NCBI GenBank assembly: GCA_943354165.1
Contig: CALRBH010000005.1
Span: forward strand, 18-64,017
Direction of reading: 5' to 3'
Length of the DNA: 64,000 nucleotides
DNA from: Candidatus Uhrbacteria bacterium RIFOXYB12_FULL_58_10
GTDB lineage: Bacteria > Patescibacteriota > Patescibacteriia > UBA9934 > GWF2-40-263
Positions 41,667 to 51,501 of the stretch are shown here, piece after piece (the stretch's first letter is position 1; each line of letters opens with the position of its first letter). The translations under genes were made by a program, and so were the position numbers. A model generated the notes under the pieces. It was not told where the DNA came from and did no database searches. It worked only from the letters and a program-made list of their open reading frames with translations.

Positions 41667-43280
41667 TTACTCGCGCGCACCAGCAGGTGCTTCGCCTGAA
41701 TCAAATCGTTTTTGTGCGGCGCCAGGGGTGATACAGGAATCTAAAAGAGTCCCAGGGACAAATGCACATTTCTTGCCGATCTTTTGCTCCACACCACAAG
41801 GATCAGTCTCACACATCAGCTTGAGGGTTACTTCCCCCGACATAAAGTGTCCGGGTTGAAGATGGGTCATGCTCGTAATCGTTGTTCCCGTCGCCATTTC
41901 ATTTTGCACTTTCAAACTCTCATATTGTTCACAATTTTTTATGGTGTTGCAAACAATCGGAACCATCGCACATGTCCCTGTCGCCACATCATCTGCATAC
42001 CCCGCGACAAGTAGGGCTCCCGTCACCTTGGTCCCTGACCATAGGCTAGAGACAATAATCGACCCGGCACTGACAGCCGCCGCGGTTGTACCAACCACGC
42101 CAGATGCCGCTCCGACCGCTCCAACAGCCGCGGTCCCACCGCTGAGCACGAACGCAGCGGCTGCAGTTCCGATCGCAGCAGTAGCAAATGCGAGCATCTC
42201 ACCACCGCTCGAGATGGCATTAATGTCCTTTGTATAAAAGCACTGCTCTTTAGAAACTAACTTCTCGTTATTCATGACGACGTTCCTGGACAAGGTACTG
42301 CAAATTGCCGCCGAAGGAGGCACTTTACCTGGATTTCTGCTGGAGTCGGAAACCACCTCTTCACATCTCGTACAGATCCCTTTCCCATCTGGCTGAATTG
42401 CACACAGCTTGCCGGCCTCACCGTTACAATCTTTTCCTGTCACAGACCCTCGGAAAGAGCACAAGGAACCGTCAGCCTGTTCAACACCAGCTTCGTTTTT
42501 TATGATCACTCCTTTATCCCCACACTTCCCAGAAGTAATTGGTTTACTATTTTTATCACCAATCGTAAATTTTTTCTCAATCAATTCTTCGCAACTGAAC
42601 CCTCCGGTAAGAGCTACGTTCCGAGGCATCGGCATGCTTGGGACCTGTAATTTTACGAGCTGCGGGTTCACGGTGAAGAGAATTACGTAGGCACCCATAA
42701 GAAGAACGAGACCGATGACCGCATTTTGGATCATCCCCTTGGCCTTTGCCGTCTCCCCCGTCTGCGCCGCAAGGATATATCGCAACCCTCCGATCATCAA
42801 AAGGACGATTGCAATAGTGACTGATACCCCAAGCAAAAACTGGTAAGCCTTCTCAATATAATCCCCAAGGTCTGTCACAGTAATGACTCCTGCTCCAAGA
42901 GGAATGGAAAGTGAAATCCCTTCTGAATTGATTGGAAAACAATACCCTCGTTCTCGTGAGCATCTCGGGGCATCATCTTGAAACTCACCGGTTATTTTTC
43001 CATCAGGAGATTTGAAGGATGTGCATTGTTTTTTGGTAAAACAGAACAAGCCGGTGTCCGGATGTTGATCGAGTGTCTGTGCACAGACGATCATGGCATT
43101 TCCATCGCTGGCACAGGCAGCGCTACACGCCTCCGCAATTGTCTTTCCCTTAAGCTGCGCGAACTTACTCGTCTCGCACCAACAATCGCACGCAGGGCCC
43201 GACTGCGCGCCTGCTGGCATCGGCAACGCTAAGAGCAGTGTGGCGATAGAGAGGAGGATGGAGGCAAAGACACGTCGCAT
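41667..43280 (-). CDS. Cys-rich pilin-domain (TrbC/VirB2-like) surface protein
   Basis: Signal peptide; [11 protein letters not shown]...[34 protein letters not shown]; many Cys. Confidence 0.75.
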   Translation of the reverse strand: MRRVFASILLSIATLLLALPMPAGAQSGPACDCWCETSKFAQLKGKTIAEACSAACASDGNAMIVCAQTLDQHPDTGLFCFTKKQCTSFKSPDGKITGEFQDDAPRCSRERGYCFPINSEGISLSIPLGAGVITVTDLGDYIEKAYQFLLGVSVTIAIVLLMIGGLRYILAAQTGETAKAKGMIQNAVIGLVLLMGAYVILFTVNPQLVKLQVPSMPMPRNVALTGGFSCEELIEKKFTIGDKNSKPITSGKCGDKGVIIKNEAGVEQADGSLCSFRGSVTGKDCNGEAGKLCAIQPDGKGICTRCEEVVSDSSRNPGKVPPSAAICSTLSRNVVMNNEKLVSKEQCFYTKDINAISSGGEMLAFATAAIGTAAAAFVLSGGTAAVGAVGAASGVVGTTAAAVSAGSIIVSSLWSGTKVTGALLVAGYADDVATGTCAMVPIVCNTIKNCEQYESLKVQNEMATGTTITSMTHLQPGHFMSGEVTLKLMCETDPCGVEQKIGKKCAFVPGTLLDSCITPGAAQKRFDSGEAPAGARE

Positions 43281-43287
43281 ATCGGTT

Positions 43288-44007
43288 CTACTTGAGGGCC
43301 CGTTGAATAAGCGCGTCCAGGACATCGGCGGGGATAGATCCAGGGATCATGGTTCCGTTCACGAAGAAGGTCGGGGTGCCTTTCACGCCTGCGGCGACCC
43401 CATCGGCGAAATCGGCGGCGACTTCCTTTGCGTACTTTCCGCTCGAAAGACAGGAACGGAAGGTCGCCTCGTTCAAATTGAGCGCACGGGCGAAGGTCTG
43501 GAGCTCGTTTGCCGACACTACTGACTGGTTTGCGTAGATCTTATCGTGATATTCCCAAAACTTCCCCTGGTCCCCCGCGCAGTTGGCCGCTTGTGCCGCC
43601 ATCTCCGCGAGCGGATGAAGTTCCGTGATGGGAAAGTCCCGATAGATGAACCGAACCTTGTCTCCATATTTGAGCGCGGCTGATCGAACGACGAAACTAG
43701 ACTCGCGCGAGTACGGACAGCCGAAGTCGGCGAACTCCACGATGGTGATCGGGGCCTTGGCGTTTCCAAGGGACGGATCGTCCGTGGTCGCCACGTTCGT
43801 CGAAGTTCCTGTAAGAGGGATGGAAGCGGCGATGGAGCTCGGGGTGTAGGCGGAAAGAAAGGCGAGTTGCGACGGATCGAGTTCCCCGGAGCGGATGAGA
43901 CGCGCGTAGTGGGTCACGCGCCACGCGAATACCCCAAACGCACCGATTGCACAGATGATGGCAACCCCTCCAAGCACTCGCCCAATTCTGATGCGCCCTC
44001 CCCACAT
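43288..44007 (-). CDS. Membrane-anchored DsbA/thioredoxin-fold protein (CxxS)
   Basis: DDPSLG..APITIVEFADFGCPYS, YRDFP, GVKGTPTFFVNG. Confidence 0.88.
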   Translation of the reverse strand: MWGGRIRIGRVLGGVAIICAIGAFGVFAWRVTHYARLIRSGELDPSQLAFLSAYTPSSIAASIPLTGTSTNVATTDDPSLGNAKAPITIVEFADFGCPYSRESSFVVRSAALKYGDKVRFIYRDFPITELHPLAEMAAQAANCAGDQGKFWEYHDKIYANQSVVSANELQTFARALNLNEATFRSCLSSGKYAKEVAADFADGVAAGVKGTPTFFVNGTMIPGSIPADVLDALIQRALK

Positions 44008-44035
44008 AGTGAAAGGAAGTATATCATGGTGAGGT

Positions 44036-44170
44036 ATGGAGGAGCACGAGCGGGACGTCCGTACTACGGACGAAAAATTCAAGAAACGGCAGAAGAAGCT
44101 CCGGCCGACGATGAAGGTGAGCGGACGTGGGATGAAACGCTTTGCAGGACGCAAGATCCCCAAGCGTTGA
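44036..44170 (+). CDS. 44-aa basic small protein (not in ORF track)
   Basis: MEEHERDVRTTDEKFKKRQKKLRPTMKVSGRGMKRFAGRKIPKR; GAGGT directly upstream; fills the intergenic gap. Confidence 0.5.
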   Translation: MEEHERDVRTTDEKFKKRQKKLRPTMKVSGRGMKRFAGRKIPKR

Positions 44171-44195
44171 CGTAAGAGGTTACTTTTGATAGATT
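44167..44195 (+). promoter_or_regulatory. Sigma70 promoter for secG
   Basis: TTGACG-17-TAGATT. Confidence 0.5.
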
Positions 44196-44211
44196 CTTGC
44201 CAACCAAATCT

Positions 44212-44430
44212 ATGATTTCCACCATCCTCAATTGGAGCGAGCTCGTCTTAGCCGGCCTCCTCACTGCCAGCATTCTCATGCAGTCCCGCGGCGCCGGCCT
44301 TTCGAGCGCTTTTGGCGGAGAAGGCAATGTGTACCGCACCAAGCGTGGCGTTGAGAAAGCCCTCTTTCAGGCCACAATCGTTTTCGCTATTTTGTTCTTC
44401 GGAACCGCTCTTGCGAATACACTGGTTTAA
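44212..44430 (+). CDS. secG: Preprotein translocase subunit SecG
   Basis: ILMQSRGAGLSSAFGG, TKRGVEK; 2 TM segments. Confidence 0.92.
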   Translation: MISTILNWSELVLAGLLTASILMQSRGAGLSSAFGGEGNVYRTKRGVEKALFQATIVFAILFFGTALANTLV

Positions 44431-44433
44431 CCT

Positions 44434-46251
44434 GTGTTCCAACGTAAACAATCGCATTCAAAGGACCTGGCAATGCGTCAGGTTCTTTCAACCTTGAAGC
44501 GTTCTCGCTTCCCAAGCCTTCGCCAGTGGAAACATCTTCCACGGCTGCTTACGAGCACGGAACGACTCACTCTCCGTATCTGCCTGGGCGTTGGAATCGC
44601 TTCCCTTGCCATTCTCGCCACTTGGTACGTACTCACGCACCGTGCCGAGGTCCCAGCCGTTGGCGGAACCTATACAGAAGCCTTTATTGGAGAACCGAGA
44701 TTCATTAATCCGCTTTACGCCTCCACAAGTGACGCGGATGCAGATTTATCGCATCTTATTTTTTCCGGACTTGTACGTTGGGATCCCATCGAGGGGATCG
44801 TAAATGACCTGGCGGAAGAAATCACCATCTCGGAAGACGGAAAGACCTATACAGTCCAGCTTCGTGAGGATGCGCACTTCCACAATGGCACATCTGTCCG
44901 TGCAAGCGATGTCCTGTTTACTTTTGCGGCCGTTCAAAATCCGGAATATCGATCACCTCTTGCGGTGAGCTTTCGTGGCATCACCATCAGCCAAGTTGAC
45001 GACCTTACGGTTTCTTTTGAACTCACCAAGGCATTTGCCCCATTCATCGCAAGCCTTTCGTTCGGTATTCTTCCCTCCGAGCTCTGGGTAGACATTCCAG
45101 CAAAAAATGTTCCGCTTGCAGCCCTCAACCTTGAACCTATCGGGAGCGGTCCATTTAAGTTCAAGGAATTTTCGAAAGACAAAAAGGGGACCATTCTTTC
45201 CTATACGCTCGAGCGCAATGCAAATTTCTATGACGAGAAGCCGTTCCTAGAGACGTTCACGGCTAAATTCTACGCAAATGCCGAGGATGCCATTTCCGCG
45301 CTCGACAACCGCAATGTCGAGGGGGTTGCCTTTGTGCCACCAGAACAAGAGGATCGCGTCCTCAAATCCTCCATCGCCAGTTTGGCTCACCCTTCCATTC
45401 CTCTTACGGCTTCCATTTCATTCAACCAAGACAAGCACGCAGCCTTAAAATCGCTCGCTGTGCGCCAAGCGCTCGAACGTCTCATTGATCGGGAGGCGCT
45501 CGTTCGTGAAGCACTGCATGGAAACGGTCAAACGGCTTATTCCCCAATCCCTGACGGGATTCTTGGAGCAAGCGTGGATCTTGCAAAACATCCCTTCGAC
45601 CCAGGGGCCGCCATCGCGCTGCTTGAAGGCGCGAAGTTCATAAAAACGGAAGGTCAACCATACCGTTCTCTCCCGAAAGATATAGCGGATGCCCGCAAAA
45701 AGCAGCTTCCGGAGAATGCAGACCCCTCGACAGCATCGGTGCTTTCTGTTACCATTACCACGGTACAGAAACCGAAGTTCGTGCGCACGGCAGAACTTCT
45801 GAAGGCTCAGTTCGAGGCGGCCGGCATAAAAACAGAGATTGCGGTTGTGCCCGCCGAGAATCTCCTCGACTCCGTCGTAAAGCCAGGAGCCTACGAAATT
45901 CTTCTCACGGAAACCTTAACGGGAGGCGATCCTGATCCCTATCCGTTTTGGCATTCTTCTCAGATCGGCAACGGCGGACTCAATTTGGCGCATTACGCGA
46001 ACCGCAACGTAGACACGTTGTTAGAGGACGCGCGTGCGACCGTGGATCCAACCGTACGAGAAGCCAAGTACAAGGAATTTCAAACCATCCTCGCCGATGA
46101 GGTGCCTGCCGTATTTCTCTACCGTTCTACGTATGCATATGCCTACGCCAGCAAGCTTCGTGACGTGACGATTGATCGCATTCTGACCCCTCCAGACCGT
46201 TTTTCCACGATCTCCAAGTGGTTTGTGAAAACAAAGAAGGTGTTGAAGTAG
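44434..46251 (+). CDS. Peptide ABC transporter substrate-binding protein (family 5), TM-anchored
   Basis: GGTYTE, LIFSGL, FHNG..V.ASDVLFT, PIGSGPF. Confidence 0.9.
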   Translation: MFQRKQSHSKDLAMRQVLSTLKRSRFPSLRQWKHLPRLLTSTERLTLRICLGVGIASLAILATWYVLTHRAEVPAVGGTYTEAFIGEPRFINPLYASTSDADADLSHLIFSGLVRWDPIEGIVNDLAEEITISEDGKTYTVQLREDAHFHNGTSVRASDVLFTFAAVQNPEYRSPLAVSFRGITISQVDDLTVSFELTKAFAPFIASLSFGILPSELWVDIPAKNVPLAALNLEPIGSGPFKFKEFSKDKKGTILSYTLERNANFYDEKPFLETFTAKFYANAEDAISALDNRNVEGVAFVPPEQEDRVLKSSIASLAHPSIPLTASISFNQDKHAALKSLAVRQALERLIDREALVREALHGNGQTAYSPIPDGILGASVDLAKHPFDPGAAIALLEGAKFIKTEGQPYRSLPKDIADARKKQLPENADPSTASVLSVTITTVQKPKFVRTAELLKAQFEAAGIKTEIAVVPAENLLDSVVKPGAYEILLTETLTGGDPDPYPFWHSSQIGNGGLNLAHYANRNVDTLLEDARATVDPTVREAKYKEFQTILADEVPAVFLYRSTYAYAYASKLRDVTIDRILTPPDRFSTISKWFVKTKKVLK

Positions 46252-46258
46252 CGGTTTT

Positions 46259-46345
46259 GCCCAGGTGGCGGAATTGGTATACGCGCAGGTCTCAGAAGCC
46301 TGTGCCCTTACGGGCTTGAGAGTTCGAGTCTCTCTCTGGGCACCA
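46259..46345 (+). tRNA. tRNA-Leu(CAG)
   Basis: Loop CTCAGAA, long variable arm, CCA. Confidence 0.95.
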
Positions 46346-46400
46346 TTCGACTCGCTGTTGCTCGCTCATGGTCTTTGACCATCGGAACGAATTTTTCAAA

Positions 46401-46430
46401 CTACTAACTACTTACTACAAACTACTAACT
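46401..46430. repeat. Family A single arm (CTACTAA) before rnj
   Basis: ctactaa-ctactta-ctacaaa-ctactaa. Confidence 0.8.
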
Positions 46431-46442
46431 GTATTTTTTGCT

Positions 46443-48323
46443 ATGGACCCTAAGCCCCAGACCCCAGCCCCACGCCGCAACGACCGTCCGAGCGGACGCC
46501 CAGCGCCGAGCAACTCCTCACGCCCAAATCCAAACGGACAGGGACGTTTCGACAAGTTCCGCGGCAAGGTGTTCACCCGCGATACTGTGAAGCCAAACGT
46601 TGCCCCCGCCGCTGCCGCGCACCCAACCGGCCCAGAAGCGCAGCCAGCCACCAAGCCACCCGCCACCGGCGATAAGCTTCGCATTGCGGTCATGGGCGGC
46701 TGCGAGGAAGTTGGGCGCAACTGCACCCTGCTTGAATACGGCAATGACATCATCTTCGTAGACATGGGCCTTCAGTTCCCTGAAGAAGACATGCCGGGCG
46801 TTGACTACATCATCCCCAACATGAGTTACATCAAGGGGAAGGAAAAGAACGTCCGCGGCATTATCATCACGCACGGCCACTACGACCACATCGGTGGGAT
46901 CCCGCACAACGTGCCAAAGATCGGCAACCCGCCAATTTTTGCCCTTCCGGTATCCGCCGCGATTATTAAGCGCCGCCAGGAAGATTTTCAGTCCCCACCG
47001 CTGAACGTGAAGATCACGGGCGTGGATCAGGTCCTGCAGCTCGGTGTCTTTAAGGTCAGCTTCTTTCACATCAATCACTCCATCCCTGATGCTGTCGGGA
47101 TTGTGATCGAAACTCCAGCAGGTGTGGTGTGTCACACCGGCGACTGGAAGTTCGATTTCCATCCAACCGGCACCGTGCATGCGGATTTCCAGAAGATCGC
47201 CGCCATCGGACAAAAGGGCGTGCTGTGTCTCATGGGCGATTCCACCAATGCCTCCAAGCCTGGCCACCAGGTTTCTGAAAAGGTCATTGGTGAGGAGATT
47301 GAACGCATCATTGAGAAGGCTCCAGGACGTGTAATCGTCGGGACGTTTGCTTCCCTTCTCGGCCGCATCAAGCAGATCATCGAAATTTCTGAAAAGCTTG
47401 GCAAGAAGGTGGCACTCGACGGCTTCTCCATGAAGACCAACGTCGAAATCGCCAAGGAGCTTGGGTTCATCAAGGTTTCTCCTCATACTTTCATCCCCAT
47501 CGAGGATGCGGACAGCGTTCCACCAGAAAATCTGGTGATCGTCTGTACCGGTGCGCAGGGCGAAAAGAACGCGGCCCTCAATCGAATTGCCAGTGACGAA
47601 CATCGATCCATTAAAATCATCAAAGGCGACACGGTGGTGTTCTCGAGCTCCGTCATTCCGGGGAATGAAGGGTCCATTCAGCGCCTGCAGGACACGCTTT
47701 ACCGCAAGCGCGCCCGCGTCATCCATTACAAGATGATGGACGTGCACGCCGGCGGACACGCGCAGCAGGAGGACATTAAGCTCATGCTCGCGCTGTTCAA
47801 GCCAAAGTATTACGTGCCTATCGAAGGCAACCATTTCCTCCTGCGCGAGAACGCCCAGGTGGCCTACTCCATGGGTTGGAAGGAGGAAAATGTCTTCGTC
47901 GTAGACAACGGCCAGGTCATGGAATACTGGCCAGGCGGCGGCCGCATGACCCAGGAGAAGCTCGTCACGGACTACGTGTTCGTGGACGGCCTCGGGGTCG
48001 GCGACGTTTCGCAGGTCGTGTTGCGTGATCGTCAGGCCCTCGCTGAGGACGGTATGGTGATCGTGGTGGTGAAGGCCGACAAGCATACGGGAGATCTCGT
48101 AGGCGTGCCGGACATCATTAGCCGCGGATTCATCTTCATGAAGGACCACCAGGAACTCGTCGAAGGGACCGCCAAGAAGGTCCAGGACGTCCTCAAGAAA
48201 ACCACCAAGAGCGAAGCGGATCCTGAGCACATCAAGACGCTCATCCGCGATGAAGTTGGAGCGTACCTGTTCCAGAAGACGGAACGCCGCCCAATGATTC
48301 TCCCAGTCCTGATCGAAGTCTAG
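46443..48323 (+). CDS. rnj: Ribonuclease J
   Basis: GGCEEVGRN, THGHYDHIGG, HSIPD, HTGDWK, HAGGH, RRPMILP. Confidence 0.96.
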   Translation: MDPKPQTPAPRRNDRPSGRPAPSNSSRPNPNGQGRFDKFRGKVFTRDTVKPNVAPAAAAHPTGPEAQPATKPPATGDKLRIAVMGGCEEVGRNCTLLEYGNDIIFVDMGLQFPEEDMPGVDYIIPNMSYIKGKEKNVRGIIITHGHYDHIGGIPHNVPKIGNPPIFALPVSAAIIKRRQEDFQSPPLNVKITGVDQVLQLGVFKVSFFHINHSIPDAVGIVIETPAGVVCHTGDWKFDFHPTGTVHADFQKIAAIGQKGVLCLMGDSTNASKPGHQVSEKVIGEEIERIIEKAPGRVIVGTFASLLGRIKQIIEISEKLGKKVALDGFSMKTNVEIAKELGFIKVSPHTFIPIEDADSVPPENLVIVCTGAQGEKNAALNRIASDEHRSIKIIKGDTVVFSSSVIPGNEGSIQRLQDTLYRKRARVIHYKMMDVHAGGHAQQEDIKLMLALFKPKYYVPIEGNHFLLRENAQVAYSMGWKEENVFVVDNGQVMEYWPGGGRMTQEKLVTDYVFVDGLGVGDVSQVVLRDRQALAEDGMVIVVVKADKHTGDLVGVPDIISRGFIFMKDHQELVEGTAKKVQDVLKKTTKSEADPEHIKTLIRDEVGAYLFQKTERRPMILPVLIEV

Positions 48324-48388
48324 ACAGACAAGGAACGCCCCACATGGGGCGTTTTCCTTTTCTGGCTCCCCTGTTACCATGCAGCCGT

Positions 48389-49372
48389 ATGATAAAAGCT
48401 CTGACCGCTCTGCAACCGACCAATTTTTTCCATATCGGAAACTGGTTTGGGGCGATTGAACCCGCGGTTGCCTTGCAACGAGACCATAAACTCTCGATGT
48501 TCATTGTCGATTACCATGCGATTACGGTTCCGCAGAAGCCGGAGGAGCTACGGAAGAACATTCTCTTCGCCGCCGCCACGTATCTTGCGGCTGGCATCGA
48601 TCCGAAGACGACGACACTCTTCCAGCAGTCGGCCGTCTCCGAACACACGGAGCTCGCCTGGGTCTTGAACTGCATTGCCAAGGTCGGCGAACTTGAACGG
48701 ATGACCCAGTTCAAGGATAAGGCGAAGGGCAAAGGCGAAAGCGTTTCTATGGGCCTCTTCGGATACCCTGTGCTCATGGCCGCGGACATTCTTCTCTACG
48801 ACACGGAAGTCGTTCCCGTCGGCGAAGATCAGAAACAACATGTCGAACTCGCTCGCGACTTGGCGATCCGCTTCAACCGCGACTTCGGCGAAACGTTCGT
48901 GGTCCCAGTTCCGAAGATCCGCGAAGTCGGCGCCCGCATTATGGGACTGGATGACCCGATGAAGAAAATGTCGAAGTCGGCTCCGAGTGCGAAGAACTAC
49001 ATCTCCCTCATGGACGATGCGGACACGGTCGTGAAAAAGATTAAGGGTGCGGTGACGGATTCCGGAAGCGAAATTCGAGGTGGCAACGATCGCCCTGCGT
49101 TCTCGAACCTACTCGCGATCTATTCGCTCATCACGCACCGATCAGTTGAGGCCATCGAGACGGAATATATCGGCAAACAATACTCAGACTTCAAGGGCGA
49201 TCTCGCGGAGGTTCTGAACCTCTGGTTGGCCCCGTTACAGGCCAAAATCAAGACATTTGTTGAACACGAAAATGATCTCAAGGCGATTCTTAATGAGGGG
49301 GCGCAGAGGGCGCGGGAGCAAGCGCAGAGGCGCATGAAGCAGGTGCGGGAGAGGATTGGGGTGGCGCTCTAA
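48389..49372 (+). CDS. trpS: Tryptophan--tRNA ligase
   Basis: QPT..HIGN, YPVLMAADIL, VPVGEDQKQH, KMSKS. Confidence 0.97.
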   Translation: MIKALTALQPTNFFHIGNWFGAIEPAVALQRDHKLSMFIVDYHAITVPQKPEELRKNILFAAATYLAAGIDPKTTTLFQQSAVSEHTELAWVLNCIAKVGELERMTQFKDKAKGKGESVSMGLFGYPVLMAADILLYDTEVVPVGEDQKQHVELARDLAIRFNRDFGETFVVPVPKIREVGARIMGLDDPMKKMSKSAPSAKNYISLMDDADTVVKKIKGAVTDSGSEIRGGNDRPAFSNLLAIYSLITHRSVEAIETEYIGKQYSDFKGDLAEVLNLWLAPLQAKIKTFVEHENDLKAILNEGAQRAREQAQRRMKQVRERIGVAL

Positions 49373-49375
49373 CTG

Positions 49376-49404
49376 TTGACCAACCCGCCCAATCGTGTTA
49401 TATT
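49376..49404 (+). promoter_or_regulatory. rnpB promoter
   Basis: TTGACC-17-TATATT, 7 nt before P1. Confidence 0.65.
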
Positions 49405-49410
49405 CCGGCG

Positions 49411-49922
49411 GTCCTGGGACGGCCGGACGGCTACGGTGGATCGCAAGATTCGCTGAGGAAAGTCCGAACACCCGTGGCATCGCAAGGTGCTACGCCAAGG
49501 AACGTCGCTAACGGCGACCGGGTATACCTGTGGGATGTAGAGGCGTTGGAGCAATTCACGCTTTTGGATCTCATAATAAGCCTAGGGAAAGTCTCCCCTG
49601 AAGATAGGACGGGGAGTGCGAAACCAGATCGAAAGGTCTGGGGACGTAGCCACAGAGACAATACTGACGGCCTTCGCGCAAGCCAGGCAGCTGCCTGGCA
49701 AGCATGGCCGCTCAAGGTGAAAAGTGAGGTGATGTGTCGCAAGACGCTGCACCTCTCCCTGCATGGTGACATGCAGGCGATGCAAACCCGTTCCGGTGCA
49801 AGAGCAAGTTTGGTAGCTCGCACGAGCCATGCAGCAATGTATGGACCAGAGAGATGGCCGTCTCCTGCGCACCTAACCCGTGCGGAGAAGACAAAATTCG
49901 GCTTACAGGCCGCTCCCAGGAC
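49411..49922 (+). ncRNA. rnpB: RNase P RNA (enlarged, ~510 nt)
   Basis: P4 strands GAGGAAAGTCCG and AATTCGGCTTAC, GCCACAGAG, GGTGAAA, AAACCC; P1 GTCCTGGGA/TCCCAGGAC. Confidence 0.92.
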
Positions 49923-49926
49923 AGCT

Positions 49927-49953
49927 AAAACCCTCGCTTACCGCGGGGGTTTT
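49927..49953 (+). terminator. rnpB terminator
   Basis: AAAACCCTCGC..GCGGGGGTTTT. Confidence 0.65.
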
Positions 49954-49971
49954 TGCTACCATACGCCTACT

Positions 49972-51393
49972 ATGAAGCGCTCAGAGCTATTCTTCACGAT
50001 CGTTCTCCTCCCCGTGGATCTGCTGGCCCTCATCGCGGCGTCTATTGCGGCGTTCCATTTGCGTCTGCACCCGTATTTCGTGAACCTCCGACCCGTCACC
50101 TTCGACCTCACCATCGAGAACTATCTTCCGGTAGCGACGCTCGTCTCCTTTGGGTGGATGGTCATCTTTGCCGTGAGCGGATTGTACGGCATGCGCCGGC
50201 GCGCGATGGCGACAGAGCTTACGCGCGTATTCCTTGCCTGCTCTGCCGGCATGGCCGGAGTGTTCTCCATTCTCTTCTTCTCCCGCACGCTTTTTGAATC
50301 GCGTTTCATCGCTGTCGCCGCATGGATCCTGGCAATCATTTTCGTCTGCGCGGCACGCATCGCGGTTCGTCTTGTCCAGCGCAGTCTCCTTTACGCCGGC
50401 ATCGGCGAACATAAGGTCGTCCTCATCGGCAACAGCCATTCCGGAGACGAGCTCGAGAAATTCTTCAAAGCCCGTCATCGGTTCGGCTTCCATGTCGCCG
50501 GTCATTTTCCTAAGTTCGATGAAGCCGCCCGCGAACACATCCATGCCCTCAAATCCAAGGACCAGGTCGATGAAATTTTCCTCGTCGATCCGGAAATGAG
50601 CCGAAAGGACGCCTTTGAGATCCTTTCGTTTACCGAAAACGAACACCTGGGCTTCCGCTACGTCGCCGATCTCTTTGCCGCGGCAGCCGGACGATCGATT
50701 ATCCATACGTTCACGGGGATTCCCGTCATCGAAGTACAGAAGACTCCCCTCGATGGTTGGGGCGCCATCTACAAGCGCATTTTCGACATCGTCGGATCGC
50801 TCGTTCTCATCATTGCAACCTTACCGATTCAAATCGTGGTCGCCATCGCCCTTTTCATCGAGAGTCCTGGGCGCGTATTCTTCTCCCGCCTTCCGAATGG
50901 CAAGAAAGTTCTGCGCATGGGCGGTTCAGGCCGGCCGTTCCACTACTTCAAGTTCCGTTCGATGATCAAGGACGCCCACCTGTTCCGATTCGATCCTGAC
51001 TTCGTAAAAAAGTACGGCAACCTTCGGGAAGGATCCCCCATGTTCAAACTCAAGGACGATCCGCGCGTCACCCGCGTAGGAAAGATCCTGCGCAAATACT
51101 CGCTCGATGAGCTGCCGGAGTTTTACCTCGTCCTGCTAGGCCGCATGTCGCTGGTCGGTCCACGCCCACATCTCCCGGAGGAGGTCGCTAACTACAAGCC
51201 GCACCAGCGCAAAGTGCTTACGATTAAGCCTGGAATCACCGGAATGGCCCAGATTAGCGGCCGTGCCGACCTTGACTTTGACGAAGAAGTCCGCCTAGAT
51301 GTGAGCTATATAGAGCGCTGGAGCCCATGGCTCGACCTCTACATCTTGCTCAAGACCCCCTTTGCTGTTTTGTTTAGAGGAGGGGCGTATTAA
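49972..51393 (+). CDS. Undecaprenyl-phosphate sugar phosphotransferase (WcaJ/WbaP-like)
   Basis: KRIFDI, FKFRSM, DDPRVTRVG, SLDELP, MSLVGPRP, KPGITG. Confidence 0.92.
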   Translation: MKRSELFFTIVLLPVDLLALIAASIAAFHLRLHPYFVNLRPVTFDLTIENYLPVATLVSFGWMVIFAVSGLYGMRRRAMATELTRVFLACSAGMAGVFSILFFSRTLFESRFIAVAAWILAIIFVCAARIAVRLVQRSLLYAGIGEHKVVLIGNSHSGDELEKFFKARHRFGFHVAGHFPKFDEAAREHIHALKSKDQVDEIFLVDPEMSRKDAFEILSFTENEHLGFRYVADLFAAAAGRSIIHTFTGIPVIEVQKTPLDGWGAIYKRIFDIVGSLVLIIATLPIQIVVAIALFIESPGRVFFSRLPNGKKVLRMGGSGRPFHYFKFRSMIKDAHLFRFDPDFVKKYGNLREGSPMFKLKDDPRVTRVGKILRKYSLDELPEFYLVLLGRMSLVGPRPHLPEEVANYKPHQRKVLTIKPGITGMAQISGRADLDFDEEVRLDVSYIERWSPWLDLYILLKTPFAVLFRGGAY

Positions 51394-51395
51394 AA

Positions 51396-51492
51396 GGGCT
51401 GTAAGGATGGTAAGGGCGGTAATGGACTGTAAGGGCGAAAGATCGAACCAACCCCTTACCATCCTTACAACCCTTACAGCCCTCACCACCCC
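51396..51492. repeat. Family B 9-mer hairpin
   Basis: GGGCTGTAA arm then CCCTTAC arm, filling the intergenic region. Confidence 0.88.
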
Positions 51493-51501
51493 ACGATCCT
51501 C

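Noticed and set aside
40002-48380. Long antisense ORFs (40002..41699 +, 46518..48380 -)
   Set aside because: Shadows of uvrA and rnj caused by GC3 bias.
49531-49645. Self-splicing intron in rnpB
   Set aside because: About 115 nt is too short, and no group I or II core motifs were recognised.
49474-49971. N-terminal extension of the sugar transferase
   Set aside because: It overlaps rnpB and its terminator; the real start is ATG 49972.
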